A stretch of DNA of 63,984 bases, the filler included, from Basidioascus undulatus (lineage: Eukaryota): NCBI GenBank assembly GCA_000826855.1. It is 3 parts of 3 records of this genome, joined end to end, with 100 filler letters (N's around TTAATTAATTAA, not from the genome) between each part and the next. Parts side by side here need not be neighbours in the genome. Positions count along the whole stretch, not along the records: positions 1 to 21,334 come from JTLS01000332.1; positions 21,435 to 42,768 come from JTLS01000333.1; 1 more part is not named here. The stretch is one strand, 5' to 3'. Position numbers and translations under genes: made by a program. Positions 10,748 through 22,187 of the stretch are shown piece after piece. Numbering within the stretch: position 1 is the stretch's first letter; each line of letters opens with the position of its first letter. The notes beneath the pieces are model-generated. The model saw only the letters and a program-made list of their open reading frames with translations. It was not told where the DNA came from and did not search any database.

Positions 10748-13645
10748 ATGTCGGCGCCTCTTCCCCCCGGGCGTGTGCTCGCCCAGGACCCGTACACGGC
10801 CGTGTCGGTGTACGCGACACTCCCAGTCGAGGTCCACCATGTTCTCGAACGCGCAGGCGAGCTTCTCTCCCTCCGTCCGACTCGCACCAAACATGCTCAT
10901 AGTCCGCACGTCTTCTTCGCTCTGACAGACTTCTTTTCCGAGCCGTACCACGCTGCGCTGGACGCAAAGTCGGGCTTTGCGTATCTCCTGACGCGGCGGG
11001 AATGCTATGTCTGGAACTATACCAAGGTGCGCCTGGGACTGCCCAGTCTACCATCTCGTAGCTTCAGCTCACCCTCCTTCTTCATATCCAGCGCTCCCTC
11101 TTCAGCCCAACAACATACACCCTCCCCTGCCCCGACCTCTCTTTCTCCCCCGCCCAGCTCCTCCCAGCCGCGGCGCTCACCACACCCGCAACCTCGCGCG
11201 AGCCCGGGCTGCTCCTCGTCTCCCCCACGGGCGAGATCCGGTTCTGGGAGCACGTCGGCATGGCGCTCAGCGGCGTGGAGCGCTTTCAGAGCGGGTTGGT
11301 GGAGGGTCTGGCGGCGGGAGAGCATGTGGTTGGGGCATATGAGACTGAGGTGAGTGAGTCTCGCACGCTGAAATGGGCAAGCCCAAAGGAGCTGGTGGAC
11401 TGACGATGGGCGCGAAATACATCCCAGCCCGGCAACTATGTCCTCACCACCTCCCTCTCCTCCCTCTTCGCCGTCTCCCTCACGCCCTCGCACGGCCGGC
11501 TGCACCTCGCGGTCCGCCCCTTCCCGCGCGCGCGGGGCGTCTTCTCCCGCCTCTTCGGCGCCGCGGCCTCGGCGTACTCGTCCGAGCCGTTCGTGGCGCT
11601 CGCGCTCTCGGCGCGCGACGCGGAGGGCACGCGCGATGCGTTCGTCGTCGGCGAGCGCGGCGTGCAGGTCTGGCGCGTTGGCGGCGGCAGCGAGCGCCTC
11701 ACGGGCCAGTTCGCGCTGCGCGACCTCGTCGCCGACGCGCTGTTCCATAGCGAGGAGGCGGGGAGGGGCAGGCTGAGCGTGGACGTGCTGGATGCGGCTT
11801 GTACGAGGTGCGCTGATGCACTGGACTCCTCGGAGCAGGATAGGCTGATGGGACGAGCTGGACAGGGATGGCCAAATCGCCGTTCTCACGTCCTACATCG
11901 ACCCTGCGGCATCCGCCGAACAGTCCCAAGGCCCGCCCCTCGTCTCCTACGCTGTCGTCCTTCTCGTCCACACCCAAGATCCGACGCAGCCCCTCGGCGT
12001 CGAGCGCGTCATCCCCCTCTCCTACCGCGCCGTCCGTCAACTCCCCAATTTTCCCCTCAGAACCGCATTGACATACGCTCCTCCCTCCAGCACGTCGACC
12101 CCCGCCCATACTCCACCCCCCGCCTCGCCATCCCCCGGGGCGGGCCCGCGCTCTTCATCTTCTTCGCCGACGCCCTCCTCTCCACGACGCTCCTCCAGGG
12201 CTCGGACTACAGCGGGCTCCTCTCGCTCGCCCAGCCGGGGCGCAACAAGTTCCTCGGCTTCGGCGCGGAGGACTTCGAGCGGCCCGCGGGGAACGGGAAC
12301 GCGGAGCACGACAAGGACATCGCGGGCGTCTGGACGCTCGTCGCTCAGGGCGGCGTGCTCCTTACGCAGGTCGACTTGAAGCGCGTGACGGAGGACGTGC
12401 AGCAGTGCGTATTACCTACACAGATGCATCGGAGCAGTCTGAAATAACCCTGACATCGCGCGCTCGGTTGCAGTCCTGTCGACTCGGTCGAGCAGAAGAC
12501 CGCGCGCCTGAAGAGCCGGTTGGAGCAGGCGATCTACTTCGGCGACAGCCCCGAGGTGCGCGCCCTGTTCCCTCCGCTCACAAGTTCCTCCCACAGCCGT
12601 CTAACGTGACGTGACGTCCCCCCGCCCCAGAACCCCCTCTCGTTCGACATCAAAGGCCCGGTCGAGGGCAACCTCCTCGCAGCCGCCGAGGACGTGAGCG
12701 CAGACGTCCTCGCCTCGCGCGCGCCGAACCAGCCCGCGATCCTCGAGCTCCGCGCGCAGCTCGCGGACCGCGTCGGCCGGCTCAAGCTCCTCATCGGCTT
12801 CGTCGGCCAGAACGGGCTGCTGGGCAAGGTGCGTGTCCGGCTGACTGTCGGGAACATCAGGTGCAAGGGAAGCTTGGCTGATAAATTGGCGAGCTGGACA
12901 GCTTGCGCCGAGCACGAGGAGGCGGCTCGAGGAGGACGCGGAGAAGCTGGTTGCGGCGCATGATCTGTGGCTGCACCAGAACTCGAACAAGGCGTGAGTG
13001 GCGGGGGGTCGTGTTGTGTTGCGGGACAGCGGCTGATTCTGGTGCCATGGCGTGGGTTAGTGGCTCGGAGGGCCTGCTCGTCGCCGCCATTGAGGCGTTC
13101 ATGACTGAGCAAGGCCTCGCGACGGGCGACGATGTCGTGCGGCTGTTCTTCCGGACGAGGGTACGTTCCGCAGGCACCGAAGAACAATGCATGTCAAAAG
13201 CGCGTACTGACAAGGTGGTTCTGGCTCATTTACAGGTCGCGGATCTCGGCCACGTGCTCGAGCACCTCAGCAAGATCCTCGGAACGCGGTTGAGAGCAGC
13301 TTCTACCGTGGAGCAGCGCTCGTCGCTCATCCTCGAAGCGAACCGTTTCCTTCTCGTGTGGACCTTTCTTTGTCGTGCTCAGAGCGAACCGGAGTTTTTT
13401 TTTTTCTGACACGTTGCCCACAGACCGCGCTCAAGTCAGCGCACTACCACCGCAACGCCTCGACGTCCTCCTACAGGCTGGGCGACTCGACGCGGTCCTT
13501 CGAGCTGTGGACGTCGCGCGCGCCGACGCTGTCCATCCTCGAGTCGGCGTTCACCGCGTCGCTCCAGCTCGTCCGCGACCGCACGCGCGAGTACGGCAGC
13601 GCGATCGACGACGCGACCAAGGCGCAGTACGCGCTCGGCGCGGGT
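10748..13645 (+). CDS. NUP133: Nucleoporin Nup133-like, N-terminal/central part only (3'-truncated)
   Basis: Spliced exons with GFAYLLTRRECYVWNY, REPGLLLVSPTGEIRFWEHV, RLKSRLEQAIYFG..NPLSF, DVVRLFFRTRVADL and ELWTSR. The frame breaks at about 13645 with no C-terminal domain. Confidence 0.78.
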
Positions 13646-16308
13646 CGCTGTTGGCGCAGGAGCAACAGGGGGAGCTAGGGAAGGGCGGGCGGAGGAGAGA
13701 GAGCGAGCACCGCGCGCAGGGTGCGGTTACTGCGAAGCCGAGGCAGAGGAAGTCGCCCATGGCGAGGAAGATTAGGCGGGAGGTGTTTGTGCCACCAGCG
13801 ATTAGCGTGTCAAATTTGGGGAGGCTGTTTGGGGTTCGGATGGGTGCGTTCTGCTCTGTGCGCTTTGTGATTCTGGAGCCTCAAGCTGAACTGCGGGGGT
13901 TCTTGGGGTGCAGATCGACTGCAAAGGACGATGCTCCAGTCCGGGATGGAGAATGTCAGCTTCGATCGAGGTGGGCTGCTTCCCCTTCATGCAATTATAG
14001 TTCCAAGACGCGGACCTGACAGTCTTTGCGCCCGCATTGTGAAGTACTGAGCGCCGAGGACGCCTCGCTGTTGGCGTATGAGTTTGGGCTGGAGCCTGTT
14101 GTCAACGAGGAGCGCGCTTTCGATATCTACCCCGAGTGCGTTCTGACCGGCTTTTATTTCTGCTCCATAATGCTTTGATGCTGATGTTTGAATGCGGGAC
14201 GGCAGCCCTCCTCATTCCGACTCATCAACCCTCCCGCTGCGCCCGCCAGTCGTGACCATCATGGGGCATGTCGATCACGGAAAAGTCCGTTTCCTTCAAT
14301 TTCCCCTCTGTCCCTTTCAGCGGGGATTTCGGCTCAAAGGACATCATCGCAGACGACCCTCCTCGACACGCTCCGCTCCGCCTCCGTCGCCCCCTCCGAA
14401 GCGGGGGGGATAACGCAGCACATCGGCGCGTTCTCGGTCCCCCTGCACCTGCTCTCCACGTCCACCTCCTCGTCTCCGATCCAAGCGTCCGCCGACACGC
14501 CTGGGAGCATCACCTTCCTCGACACGCCGGGGCACGCGGCGTTCACGGCGATGCGCGCGCGCGGCGCGAGCGCCACGGACATCGTCGTCCTCGTCGTCGC
14601 TGCCGACGACGGCGTCATGCCCCAGACAAAGGAGGTCATTGAGCTCGTGCAGAGCAGTAATGGCGTGGGGCGCGTGGGGCTCGTGGTGGCTATTAACAAG
14701 TGCGATAAGCCGGGCGTGGATGTCGTACGTTGCTTTTCTCTCTTCGCCTCTCCCCCCCTCCCCCTCTCCTTTCTCTCGACTTGAGCCTTGGTAGCACGAT
14801 GCTGACTGGTGCGCTGTTTTATTTTATTAGTCCAAGATCAAGCACGCTCTTCTCGCTGCGGGCGTGCAGCTCGAGGAGTTCGGCGGCGACGTCCCCTCTG
14901 TCGAGGTCTCCGGCCTGAAGGGGACGGGCCTGCCGGAGCTCATGGACACCATCGCTGCGCTTGCGGAGATGCAGGACCTTCGGGCGGAACAGACTGGGCG
15001 CGCGCACGGCGTGGTCCTCGAGAGCCGGGTGGATAAGGGCAGGGGGTGCGTTGTTTCGTACTGACATTCCCTTGTGCGCCGTGCTCAGGCTGACAACTTG
15101 TGCTCTTTTGTGCGTTGCACAGCAACCTCGCCACCGTCCTCGTCCAGCGCGGCTCGCTGTCGGCCGGCTCGATCATCATCGCGGGCAAGACGTGGGCGCG
15201 CGTGCGGCAGATGTCGGACGACAAGCAGAAGCCTGTGCGGACCGCGCTGCCCGGCACGCCCGTGACGATCATGGGGTGGAAGGAGCTTCCGCTGGCGGGC
15301 GACGAGGTGCTGGAGGCCGGGGGCGGGGAGGACGAAGCGAAGCGGGCGGTGACGAACCGGGTCGAGGCCGAGGAGCGCCTGCAGATGATGCGCGACCTGG
15401 AGCAGATCAACGCGAAGCGGCTTGCGGACCGCGAGGCGCACGAGAAGGAGAAGGAACGCGAGAAGGAGGAGCGCGCGGCCAGGCGTGCGGGGACGGCTGT
15501 CGCCCCCGCTGAGGCGGCGGAGGAGGGCGAGGGCGCTGAGAACGAGGAGCCTGAGTTTAAGGAGCTGAGGCTCGTTGTTAAGGCGGACGTGAGCGGCACG
15601 GTCGAGGCTGTCGTCGGCGCACTGCAGGGCATCGGGAACAAGGAGGCTGGCGTCAGGATCGTCGCATCTGGCGTGGGCGACATCGCCGAGTCGGACATCA
15701 CTCGTGCGTTGGCCACGGAGGGTGCGTCCGATCCCTTGCTCCCTATTTTCTCCACCCAGACTCGCTCACGTCTCTTTCTAACAACAGCCATGATCGTGGG
15801 CTTCAACGTCAAGGCGACGCGGTCGATGCAGAACACAGCGGCGGAGTCCAAGGTCCCGCTCCACCTGGACACGGTTATCTACCGGCTGATGGACGACGTC
15901 AAAGCGCGCGTCGCGGCGCTCCTGCCGCCAATCATCGAGAAGCGCGTGCTGGGCGAGGCGACAGTCCAGCAGCTCTTCGACATTAACGTCAAGGGCCGCG
16001 TGATGAAGCGCATCGCGGGCTGCAGGGTCGGCAACGGGCTCATCACGCGCAACGCCGAGATCCGCGTCCTCCGCGACAAGGAGGTCGTCTATGAGGGTAC
16101 GTCGTGCGCTGCGGGCCTGCTTCCTGCGAGTTGGCTGACGGGCGCTATCGGGACAGGCACGATCGAGACGTTCAAGCACCACAAGAAGGACATTGACCGG
16201 GCTGGGAAGGGCCTCGAGTGCGGTCTGGCGTTCGAGGGGTTCGAGGACCTGCGCGAGGGCGACTCGATCCAGGCGATCGAGACGGTAGAGAAGCCGAGGA
16301 GTCTCTGA
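13640..16308 (+). CDS. IFM1: Mitochondrial translation initiation factor IF-2, 5' end missing
   Basis: [69 protein letters not shown] and GLECGL motifs; stop at 16308. No start or presequence upstream of RGSLLAQ at about 13640. Confidence 0.95.
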
Positions 16309-16634
16309 TCTGCATACTTTCCTTTTCTCTTCGCTTCCCTGCCTTCGATCTGCATCACCTACATCTAGACCCTCACCCTTGCATGCTCCATGTTGTCGTA
16401 GCTGCCCGCCTACATTGCATCTTGCATACACCACTCTGATTCGGCGTCACAGTGTCGGGCGGTGTGTCCTCAGGCTGCAGTGCGTTCAAGGAATGTAGGG
16501 AATGACACCAGCCCATCGGCGGACGTCTTTAAAGATTATCTGCATGATAGGCACCTCCAGTTCCCGGCGGCGAACAGACGATGGCTGCCCTTTCAACCTG
16601 AGACTGCCACCGGGGCGCAGAGCGAAGCAGCTAA

Positions 16635-17086
16635 TTTCAACCTGAACGACACCCGCAACCCGAAAGGTACCAGGCCTCGCAGCTCTCCCCTCCCGGGCTT
16701 TCAAACTCTTCAAACAGCGTACTAAAAGGTGCCTGTGTTATTCGCAACAAGGAAATGGTGATTCTTTCCGAGCCGCTGTAGCTTTCGTCATCCTGGTCGG
16801 CAATAGAGCAAACACACACGGCAACGGTACGCGAAGAGCGATGCGTGGGTTCGGTCAAGCCATGCTTTTCAACCTGAATGGCACACGCAACGGAAAGGTA
16901 CTACGCCTAGCTGTTCCCCCCATATGAGCTTTCAAAATCTTCAGCCATGCATATAGAAGCACCTTCTTACGGGAAACAAGATCTACAATGGATGTGTACC
17001 TTGTCTCGCCATGGCTTCGTTCATCCCGGCCTGCGGCAGCACACACGGCAACAGGGCAGACAGAGCGATGCGGGGTTTTTATCAAG
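16635..17086. repeat. Diverged tandem duplication, about 232-bp unit x2 (plus a short seed copy at 16591)
   Basis: Units start TTTCAACCTGAA at 16635 and 16867 and share GAAAGGTAC, GCTTTCAAA-TCTTCA, CACACACGGCAAC and AGAGCGATGCG..TCAAG in the same order. Confidence 0.75.
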
Positions 17087-17107
17087 AGACAGCGGAAAGA
17101 ATGACAT

Positions 17108-17741
17108 CTACCAACGCTTGCCCACCACGGCTAGTGCAGCCACCATCATGCCGATAACCACCGCTCCTCCAAGGCCCGCCGCCATCCTGCACCGCCCCAC
17201 CCAAACGTCCGTCGCCCTCTTCGCCCGCCTACGCCTCTGGTTCACCGGCGCAAAAGAAGAAGGCAGCGAACCGTTCTCGTTCAGGCGAAACGCTAGAATC
17301 AACCACAGCGGCGGAAAGGCGAAACCGAAGAAGAAGAGACACTGCGCGTACGACCAGCCTCGCTCCGGCCGAGTGAACACGCTCAGCGAAGACTCGCTCG
17401 GCTCGTTGGAAGTAGAGCTGGAGGCGCGGAGGCGGCCCAGGTTCAAGAGCTCGTTGGGCAGGCCGTGGAGGTCCGGCGCGTGGTCGACTGTGGGTATTTG
17501 CGTGGCATGGTTTAGCCTCCGGCGAGAAACCATCGGAGCCGCTCACTCATATCTACTCACCGACGACTGCCCAGTCCTTCTTGTCCTTCGCGGCTATCGA
17601 GTCCAGAGTCGAGGAGTCGAGGTAGGGTGTGAGCCTCGTGCGGACGGTGGACGCTGCTGCTCCTGACGACGTGGAGCCGCGGGGACGAGCTGCGTGAGGG
17701 CGAGCGACCGCAGGCTTGCGGGAGGACGAGGTGAGTCGCAT
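17108..17741 (-). CDS. Small hypothetical membrane protein (two hydrophobic segments)
   Basis: Exon 1 MRLTSSSRK..DWAVV joined by a phase-1 GT-AG intron to VDHAPDL..LFFFGFAFPPLWLILAF..WVGRCRMAAGLGGAVVIGMMVAALAVVGKRW-stop. Confidence 0.65.
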
Positions 17742-18944
17742 CGTTGGGGATGGTTTTCATAAGGAAAGAGGGGGAACTGGCACGGCTGCCTTAAGGTAAA
17801 GGACGAGCGCAGCCCCTGTGCGAGCCAGACGACAACATCCATCCGTGTCGCTCGCTTTCTTGACCGTCTCCTAGCTCGTTCCGGTGCTCACGCATACCCT
17901 CTTCAGGCCTCCTGCGGAAGATCAGGAACAGATCAGTCTAGGGCAGCTTCAATCCTTCACACCCGATACATTTCTTCCTCAGCCACTTCCTCCGCGGCCT
18001 GCGTGACACTGTCCAGCAGAATCTGCTGGACAAAACAGTGTCACGCATTTGACAAAGGATCCCAACCGAAATTGTGAAGCGTTTTTGCAGATAATAAGGC
18101 AAATTTCCAATCTGTCTCAGTGACTGTTTTGCGATCGTGGACTTGTGCAATAAAAAAGGTCAAGATATGCAGTATAGCCCAAAAGGATGGCAGCGTGTTC
18201 AAGCATTGGGAGACGACAGACAGTACTGCGTACCAGACGCAATGTCAGCAGCAGTTTTGAACCCGCTTAACCCGCCACGATGTACACAGCCCGAGGCTTA
18301 TGCTAGGAAACTCCTAGAGACTATGACTGGGAGTTGACAGGCGTCAGGCAGACCGGCAAACATGTGGGTGAAGACGCATCTTGCAGTCGCAAGTCAACAG
18401 CCAGCAGCCGAAGCCGATAGTCCTCTTACTCCGCAAGAGCCACAGCAGAGCTCACAGACAATACTAATTGAAGGTTTTACAAATAGCGGAAACGATGTGG
18501 TAGTCACCGAAAAGACATCCGACTGCGAAGGCACAAAGGCTTTCTGTTGTGCCAAGCGGGGATCCTGGTCCTTACAACGGCAAGCCCGAACGGGTGGGGC
18601 GACAATTTTTTTTTGCCCGCTCGGAAAGTGGATACTCAACACTGAACAAAGGAAACTGATGTCAAAATATCCCCAACTGTGCGTGGCTTGTGAAGTATGA
18701 GAGTCTGTCTGCGCAAATTACTTTCCCCTGCACTCTGGAAACGTCAAAGCATGTAAGGCGGCATCTTTTCTGTCCACACTAGAGCGGACGGAATGTTTAG
18801 TCATCTCCCCTTGCCGCGGAGACGGTCCTGTGGCAACGTCCGTCTTTTCCCCTTTCCGTCTTCCCACCGTGTATAGCTTGCCACAGCCGCACTTGCTATC
18901 TCTCCCAAGTCTCCCTCTCTCCTATCTCCCATTTCTTCGATATT

Positions 18945-19535
18945 CCCCGCCGACGTACTGGGCCAAGGACCCCTTCGCGTACTTTTGACTTTGCGGTCCC
19001 CGACGCAGTGGCTCCGGTTTCCCAGCCCGCCTCCTCGCGTGGAGCACCACCCAGGCGACCATGTCCCGTTCCCGAACTCCCACCTCTTCGAGAGCGTTCT
19101 TCCCACCTCCTTCAGCAACCTCAGGCTTATCTCTGCTTCGAGCTTGACCAACTCGGCGTGCTTCATGTGCTTCCCTTGAGACGCTCGGTCTACGCTTGGG
19201 GGTCGAACCCAATTGGGTGATGGACGAATCTCAGATTTGTCCCCTATCCTCGACCAGATACGGTAGACCCTCACGCCCATACCGAGTGCCTCGAGGTTCG
19301 GAAATTGAGCGTGCGGAGTGGGTCGAAATCGAGTTAGAAGTTGGCCTGAGGTTGCTGAAGAACGGGGGGAGCCACTATGTCGAAGAGACGGGAGTTCGGA
19401 AAGGGTATGTGGTCGCTGAGGAGGTGCTCGATGCCAGTGAGGCGGGATGCGAAGCGCGGTGCTGCGCCGGGAAGCACGAAGTTTCCTTCAGGCTGTGGAC
19501 ACATCCAACCTCGGCAGGGCAGGCTGTCTATCCCT
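18945..19535. repeat. Diverged foldback inverted repeat centred at 19232; arms look like F-box/LRR-like remnants
   Basis: 19020-19180 matches the reverse complement of 19290-19460 (shared CCGAACTCCC, CTCTTCGA, CTTCAGCAACCTCAGGC); central GGACGAATCT-C-AGATTTGTCC hairpin. Confidence 0.8.
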
Positions 19536-20621
19536 CCACACGGTCTGGCCCGCAGTTCCCAGACACACTGTGGGCCTCTCTTTTCACCATCAATGCGGCC
19601 GCGCAAGCAACTGCTCACGCAGCGCATCTCCATTGTCAGCGTCCCCCACTCCAGTTGCGCTTCCCACACAGCCGATCACGCACCTTCCCTGCCGCTCTTC
19701 CCTCCTCCACCAAAGCTTCCCGAATCCACCATGGTGGCCGCTCCCTCCACGACTCTTTCAGAGTGGCCGCTCCCGCCGATTAGGCTACCTCTCCGCCTTC
19801 CCGGGCTCTCGCCGCGTTGGGGCCGTCCGCAAGGGCGAGAAGGGGGACAAATGCTTGACCGAAACTGGAGCAAGAGCTGTTTGATCTTCCACTCGGTTAT
19901 GAAAGTGTTTGGATTCGTGGGAGTGCACGCGAAGGGGGTGAAAAACGCATACGTGTCGAATGTGGCACTCAGTAGTATACGACGGCGGAGGGTCTTGCCT
20001 CTTGATTTCCGCTGAGATGCATACTTCTTGCTGCGCTTGAATGATACAAGTCTGTGTAGAAAGGTTACCAAGGCTACCGTCTTCCGGACCCATGTTGCTG
20101 TAAAGTTCAAAAGTGCACGCGTCCATGCAGCCGCGATTGTTGCTGGCATGGCAGCCTGCGTGATCTGTGTGAATGGTACACGGCCAGAACTGCGAGTTAA
20201 AACTTGTCTGAAGGTTTATTTCCAGCCATCTGGGTTGAGATCCTGCGAAGAGGCCGGCACATCGCAGCAAGAAACCCAGAGCATGCCACAGCGCCCGCAC
20301 CGCTGCCTGTTCCGTGGCCCGCCCGCCCATTAACACATCACTGTGGCCCTTATCCGAGTGAAAGCATCCACAAGATGCAATTCCCTTCGAGAAGGGTTGC
20401 GTCATCGATGCTCAGTCTGTCAAGGCTTGTTAGTGCTCAGCGGATGCAAAGCGTCACACTCGGCAGTCCTACTGGTTCGCGTAGCATGGGCATGAGGCAT
20501 GCGATCGATAAGTGTTCTAACGTTACATGATGACAAAGGCGAGGGAGAAGCGACAAAGCAGAAAGGGGAGAGACATGAGAGACATGAGAGCGGGGTGCTT
20601 CCACCATCCCGATTCGGGATT

Positions 20622-21334
20622 TTACTCCGCGCCCTTCTGGCGCTTGCGGCTCTCGGCGCTGCATCGTCGACCGGCATTAAGTCAGCGCAAGTCGCAGACA
20701 GACCAAAAAGGAGAAAGAGAAGAAGGGAATATAAGGGGCAGAGCGGAGAGAAGACCCACGTGGACGTGTCCAGCCCGCGCTTCGGCGCGCCCTTCTTCGC
20801 CTCGTCCAAGAACTTGTCCACGCCAAACGGATCGTCCTTCTCGAACTGGACGGGGCCCTCCCTCGCCTCCTGCAAGTCCGCGCCCTCGAATCCCTTGGTC
20901 GCGACGCCAAGCCCAAAGCGGTCGTTGCGCATCGCGTTCGAGATGCCCTCCTCCGTGCCCCCGCCGACCAGCTCGTCGTCGCCCTCTGCGTTCCGGTGCT
21001 TGTAGATCGCCGCAGCGGCGGAGGACCCGGCGAACAGCGGCCGGTCGTACAGGTTGTAGGAGTCTTCTTCGCCGAAGGAGGTGCCCAGCGACTCTTGGTT
21101 GAAGAGACGAGAGTCGATCATCGACTCCTTGGAGAGCGTCGGCTTGGCCAGGCCCAGCGCGACCTTCTCGGAGATGTCGCGATTTTGCTCGCTGGAGAGA
21201 TGCGAACGCCGTTGGTCAGCGAGTGTGTCCGTGCGAGGGGAGGTGGAAGGGGAAGTGAGATGGAGAGAGCCGTAACGCACCGAGCAAGCTGCTTCGCCCG
21301 CTGCTCCTGGCCCATGTGGGACAGGCGCATCTCG
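20622..21334 (-). CDS. PRP45: Pre-mRNA splicing factor PRP45/SNW1 (SKIP), C-terminal part; 5' end lost at gap
   Basis: EQNRDISEKVALGLAKPTLSKESMIDSRLFNQ, YNLYDRPLF and REGPVQFEKDDPFGVDKFLDEAKKG motifs; last exon ends AESRKRQKGAE-stop. Confidence 0.93.
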
Positions 21335-21434
21335 NNNNNNNNNNNNNNNNNNNNNNNNNNNNNNNNNNNNNNNNNNNNTTAATTAATTAANNNNNNNNNN
21401 NNNNNNNNNNNNNNNNNNNNNNNNNNNNNNNNNN
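21335..21434. other. Artificial assembly gap linker
   Basis: 100 nt: N runs around TTAATTAATTAA (stops in all six frames). Confidence 0.97.
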
Positions 21435-22187
21435 CGGAGCGCAGTGACTCCGAAGTAGGTCTTTGAACTTTCCTTAAGACTTTATCATACTGTTGCCCAG
21501 ACTCCCCTCAGTGAAAGCCTGTCGAGGCTCGACAGCGGTCCGTACTTCGCAGCACCTTGCTCCAACTCCGAGTCTGTTTCATAGACTTTTATGCTTCAAC
21601 CTGCCATCGACCGTTTCACAAACGCCTTAGAGGTCGCCGTTACAACAGGAACGCACAATGCTACACATTCTTTGCCGAGGTTTCCGGTGCAGGACCAGCA
21701 CAAGTAAGATTGTGCCCGCTGCGTTCCGGCAGCCGTTGTACCTCTGACGTCTCGCTTCCATCACTAAGAAAGGGTCCAAGGACGAGTATTGATCGAAAGG
21801 AACGACTTGATAAGGCGGTCTGAAACTTCAAAGATCACTGGTAGGTAGGTCGCAACTCAAACAGCGTACCGATGAATGGGTCGCAGTGCAGCAAGTGCTG
21901 CACGGTCATCAAGCCGTCCCGATATTCCAAGCAGGATATAGAAGGCCCGTTCCACATAGCCCTTTCAGCCCATCATCCACAGACGCGTGAAAATGAGACA
22001 AATCCGGTCAATGCAGCCTTGCTCCAAATACAACGGCAGAGCTCTCCAGACCGAGAAGCATAGGTATCCGACGATGAGTCGAGAACAAGGGTATGCGACG
22101 GGGTGTTACAACGTTGCAAAGAAACATCAAAAACTCGCTCAACAAAACAGAAAAAATGCGATGCGGTCCCCTCCAACCCCCCTTCCC

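Noticed and set aside
10748..16308. Genuine Nup133-IF2 fusion protein
   Set aside because: The two parts are out of frame with a stop at 13678 and no convincing splice sites to join them.
16947..17666. 239-aa plus-strand ORF
   Set aside because: Antisense to the better-supported spliced membrane-protein gene on the minus strand.
21379..21390. TTAATTAATTAA palindrome within N runs (repeated in the gap at 42769-42868)
   Set aside because: Identical 100-nt spacer at both gaps; an artificial contig linker. It also makes adjacency across the gaps unreliable.
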